From NCBI GenBank assembly GCA_038063455.1, contig JBBTVB010000006.1:105234-160429 (forward strand): a stretch of 55,196 bases of DNA, given 5' to 3'. The position numbers and the translations under genes are program-made. The notes below the pieces were generated by a model. That model was not told the origin of the DNA. It ran no database searches and saw only the letters and a list, made by a program, of their open reading frames with translations. Of the stretch, positions 9,789-20,040 are shown in pieces. This DNA is from Patescibacteria group bacterium. GTDB lineage: Bacteria > Patescibacteriota > Patescibacteriia > PEXW01. Positions within the stretch are counted from its first letter, which is position 1. Each line of letters starts with the position of its first letter.

Positions 9789-9808
9789 GATGAGCTCGGG
9801 CCATAAGG

Positions 9809-11299
9809 CTAACTTTGCTTGAACGTGGTGAGGGCGGTCTTCAACTGCTCTTCCAGTTCGGGCGTAAGTTCACCGCTGTCTTCAATTTTCTTCACCCAGG
9901 CGCTGGAGCCGGTGCGGAGGCTCTTGGTGAAATGCTTTTCCCAGGTTTGGACGTTCTCCACTTCGACGTCATCCAGGTAGCCTTGGGTCACGGCGTAGAG
10001 TACGGCCACCTGTTCGGCTAGCAACATGGGCTGGCCAATCCCCTGCTTGAGCAACTCGGCCGTGCGTTTGCCGCGTTCCAGCTGTTGCTTGGTGGCCGCG
10101 TCCAGGTCCGACCCAAACTGCGCAAAGGCCGCGAGCTCGCGGTACTGGGCCATGTCCAGGCGGAGTTTTCCTGCGACCTTCTTCATAGCCTTGCGCTGGG
10201 CGCTGGACCCCACGCGGGATACGGACAAGCCCACGTTCAACGCCGGGCGCTGGCCCTGGTAGAACAAATCGGATTCCAGAATAATCTGCCCGTCAGTAAT
10301 GGAAATGACGTTGGTGGGGATGTACGCGCTCATATCCCCGGCCTGGGTTTCAATAATCGGCAAGGCCGTGAGCGAACCGCCGCCATTGTCTTTGTTGAGC
10401 TTGGCTGCGCGCTCCAGCAAGCGGGAGTGGAGGTAAAAAATATCGCCCGGGTACGCTTCGCGCCCTGGTGGACGACGGAGCAGCAGGGACACCTGACGGT
10501 ACGCCCAGGCGTGCTTGGACAAGTCGTCGTACACCACCAATGCGTCCTTGCCCTGGCTCATGAAATACTCGCCCATGGCGCAACCGGCGTACGGTGCCAG
10601 GAAAGAAAGCGCAGCCGGATCGGACGCGCTCGCCAGCACAATAACTGTGTGCTGCATGGCGCCGTGCTTTTCCAGCTCGGCCACGATGCGCGCAATCTTG
10701 CTGGCCTTCTGCCCAATGGCCACGTAGATGCAAATGACGCCGCTGTTTTTCTGGTTGATGATCGTATCAATGGCAATGGCGGTCTTGCCCGTCTGCCGGT
10801 CGCCGATAATAAGCTCGCGCTGGCCACGGCCAATGGGAATGAGCGCATCAATGGCTTTGATGCCGGTTTGGACCGGCTGCTTCACGGACTCGCGGGTAAT
10901 CACGCCCGGCGCCACGCGCTCCACCGGAAACGTATCCGTAGCTTTGATCGCGCCTTTGCCGTCAATCGGTTCACCCAACGGGTTCACCACGCGGCCAATG
11001 AGCGCGTCACCCACGGGCACGGACATCACCTGGCCGGTGCCGCGCACTTCTTCCCCTTCCTGCACAATCGTGGCGCCGTTGAGGATCATAACGCCCACCG
11101 TGTCTTCTTCCAGGTTCAGGGCCACGCCAGTGGCGCCCGAGGCAAACGTCACTTTTTCGCTGGCTTTGACGTTGCTCAAACCTTCCACGCGCGCAATGCC
11201 GTCGCCCACGTCAATGACGTGGCCGACCGTAGCCGTGCTGGCTTTGGCAGTGTAGGACTGGAGCTGTTCCTTGAGAACGTCGACGATAGTATGGGACAT
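9809..11299 (-). CDS. atpA: F0F1 ATP synthase subunit alpha
   Basis: 496 aa. Walker [16 protein letters not shown], then ...[30 protein letters not shown]. Confidence 0.97.
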   Translation of the reverse strand: MSHTIVDVLKEQLQSYTAKASTATVGHVIDVGDGIARVEGLSNVKASEKVTFASGATGVALNLEEDTVGVMILNGATIVQEGEEVRGTGQVMSVPVGDALIGRVVNPLGEPIDGKGAIKATDTFPVERVAPGVITRESVKQPVQTGIKAIDALIPIGRGQRELIIGDRQTGKTAIAIDTIINQKNSGVICIYVAIGQKASKIARIVAELEKHGAMQHTVIVLASASDPAALSFLAPYAGCAMGEYFMSQGKDALVVYDDLSKHAWAYRQVSLLLRRPPGREAYPGDIFYLHSRLLERAAKLNKDNGGGSLTALPIIETQAGDMSAYIPTNVISITDGQIILESDLFYQGQRPALNVGLSVSRVGSSAQRKAMKKVAGKLRLDMAQYRELAAFAQFGSDLDAATKQQLERGKRTAELLKQGIGQPMLLAEQVAVLYAVTQGYLDDVEVENVQTWEKHFTKSLRTGSSAWVKKIEDSGELTPELEEQLKTALTTFKQS

Positions 11300-11317
11300 A
11301 CGAGTAGCGAAAGTGAA

Positions 11318-11722
11318 TTACGTGTGGAGGAGATGCGCTTTGAGATTGGCGAAGCGGCTGGAGAGAGCGTTATCAATGAGTTTGTCGCCCACCTGAATTT
11401 TGACGCCGGCCAGGAGCTTGGCTTCGTGCACGTGCCGGATTTTGACTTTGCGGTCCAGGGCTTTTTCCAAATTTTTGGCCAGTTCCGTATCTTCGGCCGC
11501 GGTCAACGTCTTTGCGCTGCGAACTTGCACCACCAGCGGGCCGCCCTGCTCGGCAATGAGGCGCTCCAATTCGGCGGCAATGCGCGGGACCAAGCGAAGT
11601 TGTCGTTGACGAGCCAGCACCGTTACCAAACGGTTGGCAATTTTTGCCTGCTCTTTCTGCGGCGCGGCTTTGGCAGCACCCAGGTACGCTTCGGCATATT
11701 GGCGGATAGAGGCTTTACGCAT
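11318..11722 (-). CDS. atpH: F0F1 ATP synthase subunit delta (short form)
   Basis: C-terminal ...LLAGVKIQVGDKLIDNALSSRFANLKAHL, plus its position between atpF and atpA. I chose the ATG at 11722. The track start at 11737 is a TTG. Confidence 0.8.
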   Translation of the reverse strand: MRKASIRQYAEAYLGAAKAAPQKEQAKIANRLVTVLARQRQLRLVPRIAAELERLIAEQGGPLVVQVRSAKTLTAAEDTELAKNLEKALDRKVKIRHVHEAKLLAGVKIQVGDKLIDNALSSRFANLKAHLLHT

Positions 11723-12218
11723 GTTTGCTTTCTTCAAGTGCTTCAGTAATGAGCTTACTGTCTAAGTCTTTGGTCGTACCTTTGGGTACCACTTTCTGCG
11801 TGGCGCTCATGACTAGGTTCACCAGCTCGGTCTTGGCCTCGGTCAGGGCTTGTGCTTTTTCAGCCGCAATCTCGTTGCGCGCGTGGGTTCGCATGGTCGT
11901 GAGTTCGGCGTCAATTTCCTGCAGGCGCTGCTGGCGGTAGCGCTCGCTCTCTTTTTCTACGCCTTCCATAATGGTTTGTGCTTCCCGGCGGGCTTCCAGC
12001 ATTTTTTCCTGCTTCAATTTTTCGGCTTCGGCCAGCTTCACTTCCACGGCCTTGGCGTCGGCCAGGCTCTTTTCGATCTTCTCGCGCCGCTCGCGCAGCA
12101 CCTTGAGCACCGGCTTGTACGCAAATTTCCACAACACGAAGAGGACGATGCCGAAATTTAATATTTGCGCCAACAGCAGAGTGGGTTCGATGCCGAATTT
12201 TGCTACTAATTCACCCAT
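11715..12218 (-). CDS. atpF: F0F1 ATP synthase subunit b
   Basis: 167 aa. One N-terminal TM (LLAQILNFGIVLFVLWKFAYKPV) followed by a long charged helix. Confidence 0.85.
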   Translation of the reverse strand: MGELVAKFGIEPTLLLAQILNFGIVLFVLWKFAYKPVLKVLRERREKIEKSLADAKAVEVKLAEAEKLKQEKMLEARREAQTIMEGVEKESERYRQQRLQEIDAELTTMRTHARNEIAAEKAQALTEAKTELVNLVMSATQKVVPKGTTKDLDSKLITEALEESKHA

Positions 12219-12284
12219 AGAATGTGTAAGTTACGCACTAGCCCTCCCCCACCACGGCGTGATGAGGGATTCGCTAACGAAGAA

Positions 12285-12524
<240 letters not shown>

Positions 12525-12625
12525 TCATATGCGCACCGGCGACGATGAGGGTGTATTTAACGTCCGGTAACGCATACGATTAATGACGAAACGTTGAGGG
12601 CCAAAGGGCCGCCAGCGCTTCGACA

Positions 12626-13369
12626 CTAGTGCTCGTGGGCGGTTATGGCAATTTTCAAAAAAACCAGGGTGAGAATAGAAAAAATAAATGCTTGAATTAA
12701 GCCGACGAATAACTCCAAGAAAAGAAACGGCAAAGGCGCAATAAACGGTACGATTAAACCAATAACAATGAGCAGCACTTCCCCGGCAAAGACGTTACCA
12801 AAAAGCCGAAAAGAAAAAGAGATAATCTTGGCAAATTCGGAAATAGCTTCGAGGCCGCCGACAAAACCGAGAATGGGGTTTTTAAAATTGATGTACTTTT
12901 TAAAGTGCTGCGTTGCACCCAACATAACTATAGCAATAATTTGCGTTGCGACCACGGAGATAAGTGCTAGGGCCAAGGTGAAGTTGAGGTCGGCCGCCGG
13001 GCCGCGAAGCAGCGGCACAAACACTTTGTGGCCGTCGTGGACTTCGTTGAAGCCAATGCTGCCCACACCCGGCACCAACCCAAGCCAGTTGCCAAGCAGA
13101 ATGAAGATGAAAAAAGTAAACACAAATGGGAAAAATTTCTCCGACTGTTTCCGATCCTGCGTCACCGAATCCATAATCCCAAGCGCGCCTTCAAAAAGTG
13201 ATTCTACAAGGTTCTGAAAACCAGCCGGAATAGTTTTCGCTTTCCGCAAAAAACTGGCACCAGCCACAAGTAGCACAACCACAATCCACGACGTGATCAT
13301 GCTGTTATTCACCGGGATGGAACCCAAGTGGAATACGGTTTCTGCGGCAAGAGAGACTTCGGCGGCCAT
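12626..13369 (-). CDS. atpB: F0F1 ATP synthase subunit a
   Basis: ...FSFRLFGNVFAGEVLL contains the conserved Arg. I chose the ATG at 13369, 1 nt after the atpZ stop. The track start at 13408 would overlap atpZ by 38 nt. Confidence 0.9.
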   Translation of the reverse strand: MAAEVSLAAETVFHLGSIPVNNSMITSWIVVVLLVAGASFLRKAKTIPAGFQNLVESLFEGALGIMDSVTQDRKQSEKFFPFVFTFFIFILLGNWLGLVPGVGSIGFNEVHDGHKVFVPLLRGPAADLNFTLALALISVVATQIIAIVMLGATQHFKKYINFKNPILGFVGGLEAISEFAKIISFSFRLFGNVFAGEVLLIVIGLIVPFIAPLPFLFLELFVGLIQAFIFSILTLVFLKIAITAHEH

Positions 13370-13370
13370 G

Positions 13371-13631
13371 TTAGGTTTTCGGGGCTTTCGGCGGGTTGGC
13401 TTGCTCAACCTCGCGGATGAGCTTCTTGAACTTCCAGACCAGCCCGAATGAAGTAAGGGTTATGGAGATAATCACGCCGGCCAGGAACAGCCAGGGCGAG
13501 GTGCCAAAGTGCTTGTCTAGGAACCGCCCAACAATGCCTAGGACCACAATCGGGATGGCAATGACATAGCCCAGTTCCCAGGCAATGCCGAGGGCTTTCC
13601 AGAAGCTACTTTGATTGGGGTTTTCAGGCAT
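13371..13631 (-). CDS. AtpZ/AtpI-family small membrane protein
   Basis: 86 aa with two TMs (WKALGIAWELGYVIAIPIVVLGIVGRFLDKHFGTSPWLFLAGVIISI). It is the first gene of the atp operon. Confidence 0.6.
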   Translation of the reverse strand: MPENPNQSSFWKALGIAWELGYVIAIPIVVLGIVGRFLDKHFGTSPWLFLAGVIISITLTSFGLVWKFKKLIREVEQANPPKAPKT

Positions 13632-13701
13632 GTGCGGGACTCGAAAATGCGGTCCTATCCTGCAGAATCTGCAGGAATGGGGCCAAAATTGGCACGTAAA
13701 A

Positions 13702-13729
13702 AGTGTACGAATTCACGCGGAAAAGTCAA
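13702..13729 (-). promoter_or_regulatory. sigma70-like promoter of the atp operon
   Basis: Minus strand reads TTGACT (13729..13724), a 16-nt spacer, then TACACT (13707..13702). The leader contains the perfect palindrome cctgcagaatctgcagg (13659..13675). Confidence 0.45.
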
Positions 13730-13808
13730 GGGTAGGCCAATTCGACTTTAGGGTGGTTAGCCGCACGAGCTTTGAGGTAGGGATTGTGAGCCAATGCTCT
13801 TTAATGAA

Positions 13809-13837
13809 TTGACACGGCACGGCCATTGGACTAAAGT
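13809..13837 (+). promoter_or_regulatory. sigma70-like promoter for the small islet gene
   Basis: TTGACA (13809..13814), a 17-nt spacer, then TAAAGT (13832..13837). AAGGAGG lies at 13877..13883, ahead of the GTG start. Confidence 0.5.
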
Positions 13838-13887
13838 GGTGAGAACTATTGCTCATTCAAAAAAAATATTAAGCGCAAGGAGGATGT

Positions 13888-14100
13888 GTGAAAGTGAAAT
13901 TTGTACTAACAATGGAACAGGCTGTTGTTGGAGCCAAGTGCTTTGACGAGATAGTTATAGATTGGACAACTGAAATAAATCAGGAGGATATGCAAAAATT
14001 CTCGTATGAGTGGATTACATCAAATAATTTTCTGATGAGCAGAATGCCTGATCTGGAATCGGTGGGCGAATCTTCTCTAACTATCGAACCTCTTGAGTAA
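13888..14100 (+). CDS. hypothetical small protein
   Basis: 70 aa with a strong AAGGAGG RBS, its own promoter and a terminator. AT-rich islet. No family recognised. Confidence 0.4.
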   Translation: MKVKFVLTMEQAVVGAKCFDEIVIDWTTEINQEDMQKFSYEWITSNNFLMSRMPDLESVGESSLTIEPLE

Positions 14101-14151
14101 GTTAGACTATTCACGGGGACGAAAAAATACCAACAGAATAGAGAGTCAATT

Positions 14152-14183
14152 TGCCTAACATGACGTGTGTTAGGCATTTTTTT
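14152..14183 (+). terminator. intrinsic terminator
   Basis: tgcctaaca / tgttaggca (9 bp, 7-nt loop) followed by T7. Confidence 0.75.
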
Positions 14184-14341
14184 ATAATATACATAACTAG
14201 GCTCAGTTAGTACTTCATACCACGCAAACAGCTAACAACGTATCTTCTCAAAACTACTTTATACGCTTGACGCTCACGGCTACTCCTTGTAGGGTGCCCC
14301 ACATAAACCAACAACCATTCACCTCTCAAAAAGGAGTTACT

Positions 14342-14851
14342 TTGAAAAACCTATGGAGACCTCTCGTGCTCATACTGTTCTGCGCGACGGTCGTTAGCCT
14401 GCTCCCAAAAGCCGGTGCCACCCAAGACTTTGGGCAACTCAACGATTCCACCTTTGTGGAAAAAATGGAGCGCGCAGAAGAATTGGCTTCCGAAAAAGTG
14501 ATGAGTTTACTAGTTACCATTGGCTCAAAGCACTGTGCCATCAGCAATATAATTGCCGAAGAAATGCACGCACCTGCTTTCAACGCATTTCTCGATTCCT
14601 TCTTCGTTGTTGTGCAGGTAGGCATCTTTGACACCATGGGACACTGCACCGTCTCAGACAGCATTTTACAGGAGTATGGTTTATCTCGTGCGCTTATCAG
14701 CAATACTGGTATTCCAGTGCTGGTTACGTATAGCACTGCAAAGTGCATGGAAAGTCTGCACAATACCGATTACATCTGCCGCGTTGTTAATGACACGCTA
14801 GTAGTACATACGGATCAAATCAAAAAAGTACTCCGTCCCTATTGCTGGTAG
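14342..14851 (+). CDS. secreted hypothetical protein, possibly thioredoxin-fold with a degenerate CxxC
   Basis: TTG start 5 nt after AAAGGAG. Signal-like LKNLWRPLVLILFCATVVSLLPKAGA. LLVTIGSKHCAISNII...FVVVQVGI resembles a thioredoxin-like active-site strand-helix but reads C-A-I-S. The fold call is weak. Confidence 0.5.
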   Translation: MKNLWRPLVLILFCATVVSLLPKAGATQDFGQLNDSTFVEKMERAEELASEKVMSLLVTIGSKHCAISNIIAEEMHAPAFNAFLDSFFVVVQVGIFDTMGHCTVSDSILQEYGLSRALISNTGIPVLVTYSTAKCMESLHNTDYICRVVNDTLVVHTDQIKKVLRPYCW

Positions 14852-14872
14852 TAGCACATTGACCTCGTACCC

Positions 14873-14903
14873 AAGCCTGCGGTTAACCCTTCAGGCTTTT
14901 TTT
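14873..14903 (+). terminator. intrinsic terminator
   Basis: aagcctg / caggctt stem followed by a T-run. Confidence 0.6.
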
Positions 14904-14973
14904 AATGAGTCCGGGGTGGTTCGGCGCTACGCGCATCGCCCCACCCGCCTCGCCCCGCGCGAGGTAAAACAGT

Positions 14974-15663
14974 TTACCTCGCTTGTCGGCTCGGCCCTAA
15001 AACCACCGTAAACTCCCCTTTCACCGCATCAGCCCGGAGCGCGGCGAGTGCATCGGCGGGCTTGCCACGGTACAGGTGTTCAAAAGTTTTGGTCAGTTCC
15101 CGTGCCACAAACACTTCGCGCTCGGGGCAGTTGTCCACAAAAAACTGGAGGACTTTTTCAATGCGGTGCGGTGATTCGAAAAAGACTGCTGGCCGCTCGT
15201 CGGCCACCATATTCTTGAGGATAGTTTGCCGGCCATTTTTGAGCGGTAAAAAACCATAGCCGGTAAATTTTTGTAATGGAAAGCCGCAGACTGATAGTGC
15301 AGCAGCCATAGCTGATGGGCCGGGAATTGGCACGACTTTGACGTCAGGGCATTCGCGATACACGCGCTGCACCAAGCGTCCGCCTGGGTCGGCAATGTTC
15401 GGCGTGCCGCGGTCTGCGACCAGGGCCAAGGTCTCGCCGTGGTTGAGGCGCGTGATAATCGCATCTTCGCGTGGGCCGCGGGTGTGCTCGTCGTAGCGTT
15501 CCACAGATTTTTGCGTGCCAATGTGCGTCAAGATTTTTGCCACCTCGCGCGTGTCCTCGGCTAAGATTCCTTGCACGTGCCCCAGCACTTCCCTGGCACG
15601 CGGGCTTAGGTCATCCAAGTTGCCAATGGGCGTCGCAACAATGTAGAGCGCGCCGTTAGACAT
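14974..15663 (-). CDS. rsmI: 16S rRNA (cytidine1402-2'-O)-methyltransferase
   Basis: MSNGALYIVATPIGNLDDLSPRAREVL...FFESPHR. The start at 15663 overlaps the cvpA stop by 8 nt. Confidence 0.9.
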   Translation of the reverse strand: MSNGALYIVATPIGNLDDLSPRAREVLGHVQGILAEDTREVAKILTHIGTQKSVERYDEHTRGPREDAIITRLNHGETLALVADRGTPNIADPGGRLVQRVYRECPDVKVVPIPGPSAMAAALSVCGFPLQKFTGYGFLPLKNGRQTILKNMVADERPAVFFESPHRIEKVLQFFVDNCPEREVFVARELTKTFEHLYRGKPADALAALRADAVKGEFTVVLGPSRQAR

Positions 15664-16171
15664 TGATAATATTTTGCACGCCCTTGATGGCATCCGGCAA
15701 AAGCGGCATCAGGCTGCTGCCAATGGCACCAAGGATATCTGCAACTTTTGAATTTTCCAGATTTTGGGTAAGACCGGGGCTCACAGCCAGCCGTTGCGCC
15801 AAATTTACGAGCAGCCCCAGAATGAGTGCACCTTCCAGCAAACCTACGAGTGCCCCACCCAAACGGTTTGCCGACGCCACGCCCGGCACAACTTTGGTCA
15901 CGTTAAGAATCTTGCCAACCGTTCCAGACGCAATCGCCACGGCGCGGTTAACGGCCACAAAAATAAAGGTAAATGCTAGCCAGTTGGCCAAGCCCAGCCG
16001 GTCATTCGCGCCCCCAATCCAGCCGCCGACAGTTGTGTAGGTTCGCCCCGCAATAATTGCGCCGGCAATAACCCCCACAATGCCGCCCAGGGTTTGAATG
16101 AGGCCAAACCAAAAACCGGCCCAGAGAAAGCCAAAAAGCAGAACAAGCAGGATAATATCAGTAGTTGTCAT
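15656..16171 (-). CDS. cvpA: CvpA-family membrane protein
   Basis: 171 aa, 4 TMs. N-terminal DIILLVLLFGFLWAGFWFGLIQTLGGIVGVIAGAII is typical of the family. Confidence 0.8.
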   Translation of the reverse strand: MTTTDIILLVLLFGFLWAGFWFGLIQTLGGIVGVIAGAIIAGRTYTTVGGWIGGANDRLGLANWLAFTFIFVAVNRAVAIASGTVGKILNVTKVVPGVASANRLGGALVGLLEGALILGLLVNLAQRLAVSPGLTQNLENSKVADILGAIGSSLMPLLPDAIKGVQNIINV

Positions 16172-17631
16172 ACGACGCGTTGGAAGAGCGGTTGTGCTTT
16201 AGCAATTTTCCGCTGGTGCAAGAGTTTCGTCAAGGTTGCACCGGTGGCGGGCATGTATGGCGTAAGCGCGTGGGTAATTTCTTTCAGCTGCGCCACCAGC
16301 TCGGCCAAGAGTTTGGCCAGCTTGGCTTTGTCTGCAGCTTTTTCACTCTTGCCCAAGTCCCAAGGCTTGGCTGCATCAATAGCGCGGTTGGCCCATGCTA
16401 CAGTTTGCCAAATGTCGCCCAACGCCTGGGTAAAGGCGAATGCCGTCGTGAGCTTTTCGGCTTTGGCCAAAGGTTTTGGGGCTTTAACGAGCTTCACTGT
16501 GCCGCCCAGGTAGCGTTCCACCATATTCGTGGTGCGGCTGACGAGGTTGCCCAAACCGTTGGCCAAGTCCGCATTGTACTTTTCGGTAAAGCGTTCCACC
16601 GGCAAGTCCCCGTCCTGCCCAAACGGAAAAGGCGTGAGCAACAAGTAGCGCGTGCCATCCACACCGTACTTGGCCACCAGGTCGAGTGGGTTAACCACAT
16701 TGCCCAGGCTCTTGCTCATTTTCTGGCCGTTCACCGTAAAAAACCCGTGGGCCATAATGGTCGCAGGCAGGGGCTCGCCCACCGCGAGAAGTAAGGCCGG
16801 CCAGTACACGGCATGGAACTTGAGGATATCCCGCGCCATAAAGTGCACCACGTCGCCATGCCACCACTGGCGGTAGCTGCGCGTGTCTTTGCCGTAGCCC
16901 ACCCCGGTGAGGTAGTTGGGCAAGGCATCCACCCAGACGTAGGCCGTTTGCTTTTTGTCCCACGGCAAGGGAATGCCCCACTGCACTTTCTCGCGAGAAA
17001 TGGAAAAATCTTGCACACCCTGTTTGAAGTAGCCCAGCACTTCCTGGCGCGCAGTTGCGGGCTGGATGTCGAGCGCCTTCGATGCGACGGCTTTCTTGAG
17101 CTGGGGCAAATAGTCGGCCAGGCGAAAAAACCAGTTGTGTTCAACTAGTTCTTGCGGCACGGTGTGGTGCAAAGGGCACTTGCCAGCGCCGAGTTCTTTC
17201 TCGGTGTAGAACCGCTCACAGCCCTGGCAGTACAAACCTTTGTACTCGCCTTGGTACACCGCGGGGCGACCCAGCGGCGTGACTGCAGTTTTGAGTTTTT
17301 GTAAAAATGCCGTTACGCCAGCCACGTGGTCAGCATCGGTGGTACGGATAAACCGGTCAAAACCAACATCGAGCCGGGAAAAAACCTGCGCAAAAACTTT
17401 GGCGTGCTGGTCCACAAACGCTTGCGGGCTTACCCCGGCAGTGTTGGCTGCGTCGGCAACCTTCTGGCCGTGCTCATCTGTGCCGGTAAGCAAAAAAACC
17501 TTTCGCGCCTGCTGCTTCCAGGCCCGGGCCACCACATCAGCGGCAATGGACGTGTAGGCCGACCCCACGTGCGGGGCCGCGTTGGCGTAGTAAATCGGCG
17601 TCGTCAGGAGTAACGGGACGCGACGGGCCAT
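16168..17631 (-). CDS. metG: methionine--tRNA ligase (short form)
   Basis: TTPIYYANAAPHVGSAYT (HIGH region), KMSKSLGN, and a CxxC...CPxH knuckle. ATGA overlap with cvpA. Confidence 0.95.
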   Translation of the reverse strand: MARRVPLLLTTPIYYANAAPHVGSAYTSIAADVVARAWKQQARKVFLLTGTDEHGQKVADAANTAGVSPQAFVDQHAKVFAQVFSRLDVGFDRFIRTTDADHVAGVTAFLQKLKTAVTPLGRPAVYQGEYKGLYCQGCERFYTEKELGAGKCPLHHTVPQELVEHNWFFRLADYLPQLKKAVASKALDIQPATARQEVLGYFKQGVQDFSISREKVQWGIPLPWDKKQTAYVWVDALPNYLTGVGYGKDTRSYRQWWHGDVVHFMARDILKFHAVYWPALLLAVGEPLPATIMAHGFFTVNGQKMSKSLGNVVNPLDLVAKYGVDGTRYLLLTPFPFGQDGDLPVERFTEKYNADLANGLGNLVSRTTNMVERYLGGTVKLVKAPKPLAKAEKLTTAFAFTQALGDIWQTVAWANRAIDAAKPWDLGKSEKAADKAKLAKLLAELVAQLKEITHALTPYMPATGATLTKLLHQRKIAKAQPLFQRVV

Positions 17632-17637
17632 ACGAAA

Positions 17638-18696
17638 TTATTGCTCCAGCTCTAACTCGGCCACGCGCTTCTTGCCAAAGACGTCTTCATACACGGTCAT
17701 GACAATAAGCGTGACCGGAATAGCCAGAACAATGCCCAGCAAGCCGGCGAGCTTGGCGCCCACCAGGAGTACGATAATCGTCACTACCGAATGAATGCCC
17801 GTCGTACTCTTCATAACCCGCGGCACGATGAGGTTGTTTTCGAGCTGCTGCACCACAATAAAAAGCACCACCACCAGCAAACCTTTGGTTGGGCTTTGGG
17901 TAAGTGCAATGAAAGCCGCCGGAATCATGGCAATGGTTGAACCGATAATCGGCACAAATTCCATCAGCCCCGCAAAGAGGGCCAGCACCAAAGCGTACTT
18001 CACGCCGAGCAGTTCCAAACCAATAAAGCTCATGACTGCCACAATGAGCAGCAGTAAGAGTTGACCACGAAGCCAGCCGCCGAGCTTTTCTTGAATCTTG
18101 GTAATCAGCTCGTGCAGGTAGGGCTGGTACTTAAGTGGCGCCAACGACCGAAAAACTTTTTTCATGCCACTCTCTTCCGTGACCATGTAGTAGGTCATTA
18201 CCAGCACGGCAATGAAAGAGATAACACCGCCGGCAAAGCTGTTGACTGCCGATACCACGCCACTGCCCGAACCGGCGATACTCCCCTGGATAGATTGCAA
18301 AATGCCGCTGATGTTTTGCTGCAAACCAACCCGGTCGGCAAAATTCTTAAAGCCGCTAAACTGGTCAACAAAGTTTTGGTAGATACTCGGGAAATTCTGC
18401 GTCAGCTCGCTGACCTGGTTGATAAGCGCCGGGATGAGCAACGCGACAATAAGGCTAATTGTCCCAAAGAGCAGGAGGTAAATAATAATCAAACCCAGGG
18501 GTCGCGGAAATTTCCGCGCTTGCAACCAGTCTACCCAGGGGTCGAGCGCGGTAGCCATGACCACGGTAACGAGCAGGAGCACAAATACGTCGCGGATGGC
18601 ATAGGCAAAAGCCAACGCGAGCACCACCACCACTACCCGGAGCATGGTTGCAGTTGAAATGCTTACGTTAACAAAGCGTTTTTCGGGTATTTCCAT
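17638..18696 (-). CDS. AI-2E family transporter (PerM-like permease)
   Basis: 352 aa multi-pass protein with a family-typical layout and the C-terminal ...QQLENNLIVPRVM motif. Confidence 0.85.
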   Translation of the reverse strand: MEIPEKRFVNVSISTATMLRVVVVVLALAFAYAIRDVFVLLLVTVVMATALDPWVDWLQARKFPRPLGLIIIYLLLFGTISLIVALLIPALINQVSELTQNFPSIYQNFVDQFSGFKNFADRVGLQQNISGILQSIQGSIAGSGSGVVSAVNSFAGGVISFIAVLVMTYYMVTEESGMKKVFRSLAPLKYQPYLHELITKIQEKLGGWLRGQLLLLLIVAVMSFIGLELLGVKYALVLALFAGLMEFVPIIGSTIAMIPAAFIALTQSPTKGLLVVVLFIVVQQLENNLIVPRVMKSTTGIHSVVTIIVLLVGAKLAGLLGIVLAIPVTLIVMTVYEDVFGKKRVAELELEQ

Positions 18697-18723
18697 AGGC
18701 GTAGTATAGCCCGCCCCTTCGGC

Positions 18724-20040
18724 TTACCGCAAGAACTTAGCAAAAGCCGCTGTGTCTTGGTATGGGCCAATGAGCGCCAGCCGGAACGCGTCGCGGCGCA
18801 GCACTTTTTTGGCCACGGCTTTCACCTGGGCCAAGGTCACTTTCTCGATTGCCGCCAGCCGGGCAGTCGGCGTTTTCACCGCCTTTTGAAACAGGGCCTG
18901 CTTGGCCAACCAACCGGCCAGGCTTTCGGAGTCTTCCAGGCCCAAAATGAACTTCCCTTTAATGTACTCTTTGGCTCGGCGCACTTCCTCGGCGCTTATG
19001 TCACCTTGGGCAACCTTCTCGATTGAACCGAGGATAGCCGGGATAGCTTGCATGATGCGATTTTTGTCCAAGCCGGCTTGAATGGCCACATGGCCAACCT
19101 GCTCGTAGGGGTTAGCCCCGGCGCGGATGTAGTAGCACAAGCCCAGTCGTTCGCGGATCTCGATGAAAAGCCGCGAACTCATGGTGCCGCCAAGTAGCAC
19201 AGTCAACACCGACAGCGCGTCCATGCGCTTGTCGTCGTAGGCAAATGCTGGCGCCGCAATAGCCAGGTGGACTTGTTCGGTATTCTTCTTCGCCAAGAAT
19301 ACCCGGTCTTTGGCAAACTGCCGCTGCGGTATAAAGGGCGCGCCAAGTTTGCGCTTGGGAACCATGCCAAAATACTTGGAAACGAGCGAACGGATGTTCC
19401 CCGGAACATTGCCCGCGACCACTACCCACATGTTGGGTCCGACGTAGTGCTGCTCTTTGAAGCGCAGCATGGCGGCCCGGTCCATGTCGGTTATCCCCTG
19501 CTTGGTGCCGGCAATATTCCAACCCAAGGGCGTGTTGCCGTACAGCCCGAGTTCCAGCACATCCTCGATGTGCGCCATGGGGTTGTCTTCGTACATGTTT
19601 ATCTCTTCAATAATCACGCCGCGCTCACGGTTGAGCTCGGTGGCGTCAAACTTGGAATGCACCAGCATGTCTGAGAGCATGTCAAGTGCCAGGTCAACGT
19701 GCTGCTTGGTGGCTTTAATGTAGTACGCCGTGTGGTCTTTGCTGGTAAAGGCGTTAAACTCCGCGCCAATGCTGTCCAGTTCTTTGCTAATCGTCAGCGT
19801 GTCTGGCCGGCGCTGCGTGCCCTTAAACATGAGGTGCTCCAAAAAGTGGGACACGCCATTGAGCGGACGGCCTTCATAGCGCGAGCCGACTTTGACGAAA
19901 ACCATGACGGTCACCGCCTGCGTATCGCGCAGCGGGGCGAGCAGCACGCGCACGCCATTGGAAAGTTTGGATTGGGTAAATCCTTTTCCGCCATTTGCGT
20001 TCGATTTCTTGGTCCGTGCGCTCGAAAATTGGGTAGACAT
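18724..20040 (-). CDS. M16-family zinc peptidase (pitrilysin-like)
   Basis: HFLEHLMFKGT (HxxEH). The start is uncertain: ATG at 20040, ATG at 20085 or TTG at 20091. Confidence 0.85.
   Translation of the reverse strand: MSTQFSSARTKKSNANGGKGFTQSKLSNGVRVLLAPLRDTQAVTVMVFVKVGSRYEGRPLNGVSHFLEHLMFKGTQRRPDTLTISKELDSIGAEFNAFTSKDHTAYYIKATKQHVDLALDMLSDMLVHSKFDATELNRERGVIIEEINMYEDNPMAHIEDVLELGLYGNTPLGWNIAGTKQGITDMDRAAMLRFKEQHYVGPNMWVVVAGNVPGNIRSLVSKYFGMVPKRKLGAPFIPQRQFAKDRVFLAKKNTEQVHLAIAAPAFAYDDKRMDALSVLTVLLGGTMSSRLFIEIRERLGLCYYIRAGANPYEQVGHVAIQAGLDKNRIMQAIPAILGSIEKVAQGDISAEEVRRAKEYIKGKFILGLEDSESLAGWLAKQALFQKAVKTPTARLAAIEKVTLAQVKAVAKKVLRRDAFRLALIGPYQDTAAFAKFLR

Noticed and set aside
10085-11749. 554-aa ORF on the plus strand
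   Set aside because: It is entirely antisense to atpA/atpH. The translation is Gly/Arg/His/Ala-rich with no motifs. This is the typical shadow ORF of a GC-rich gene.
14905-14970. Possible third, degenerate copy of the 45-nt leader repeat (ggggtggttcgg...ccacccgcctcgccccgcgcgagg)
   Set aside because: Only 8-9-nt blocks match (gtggttcgg, ccccgcgc). That is too short to distinguish from chance in GC-rich sequence without a genome-wide model.
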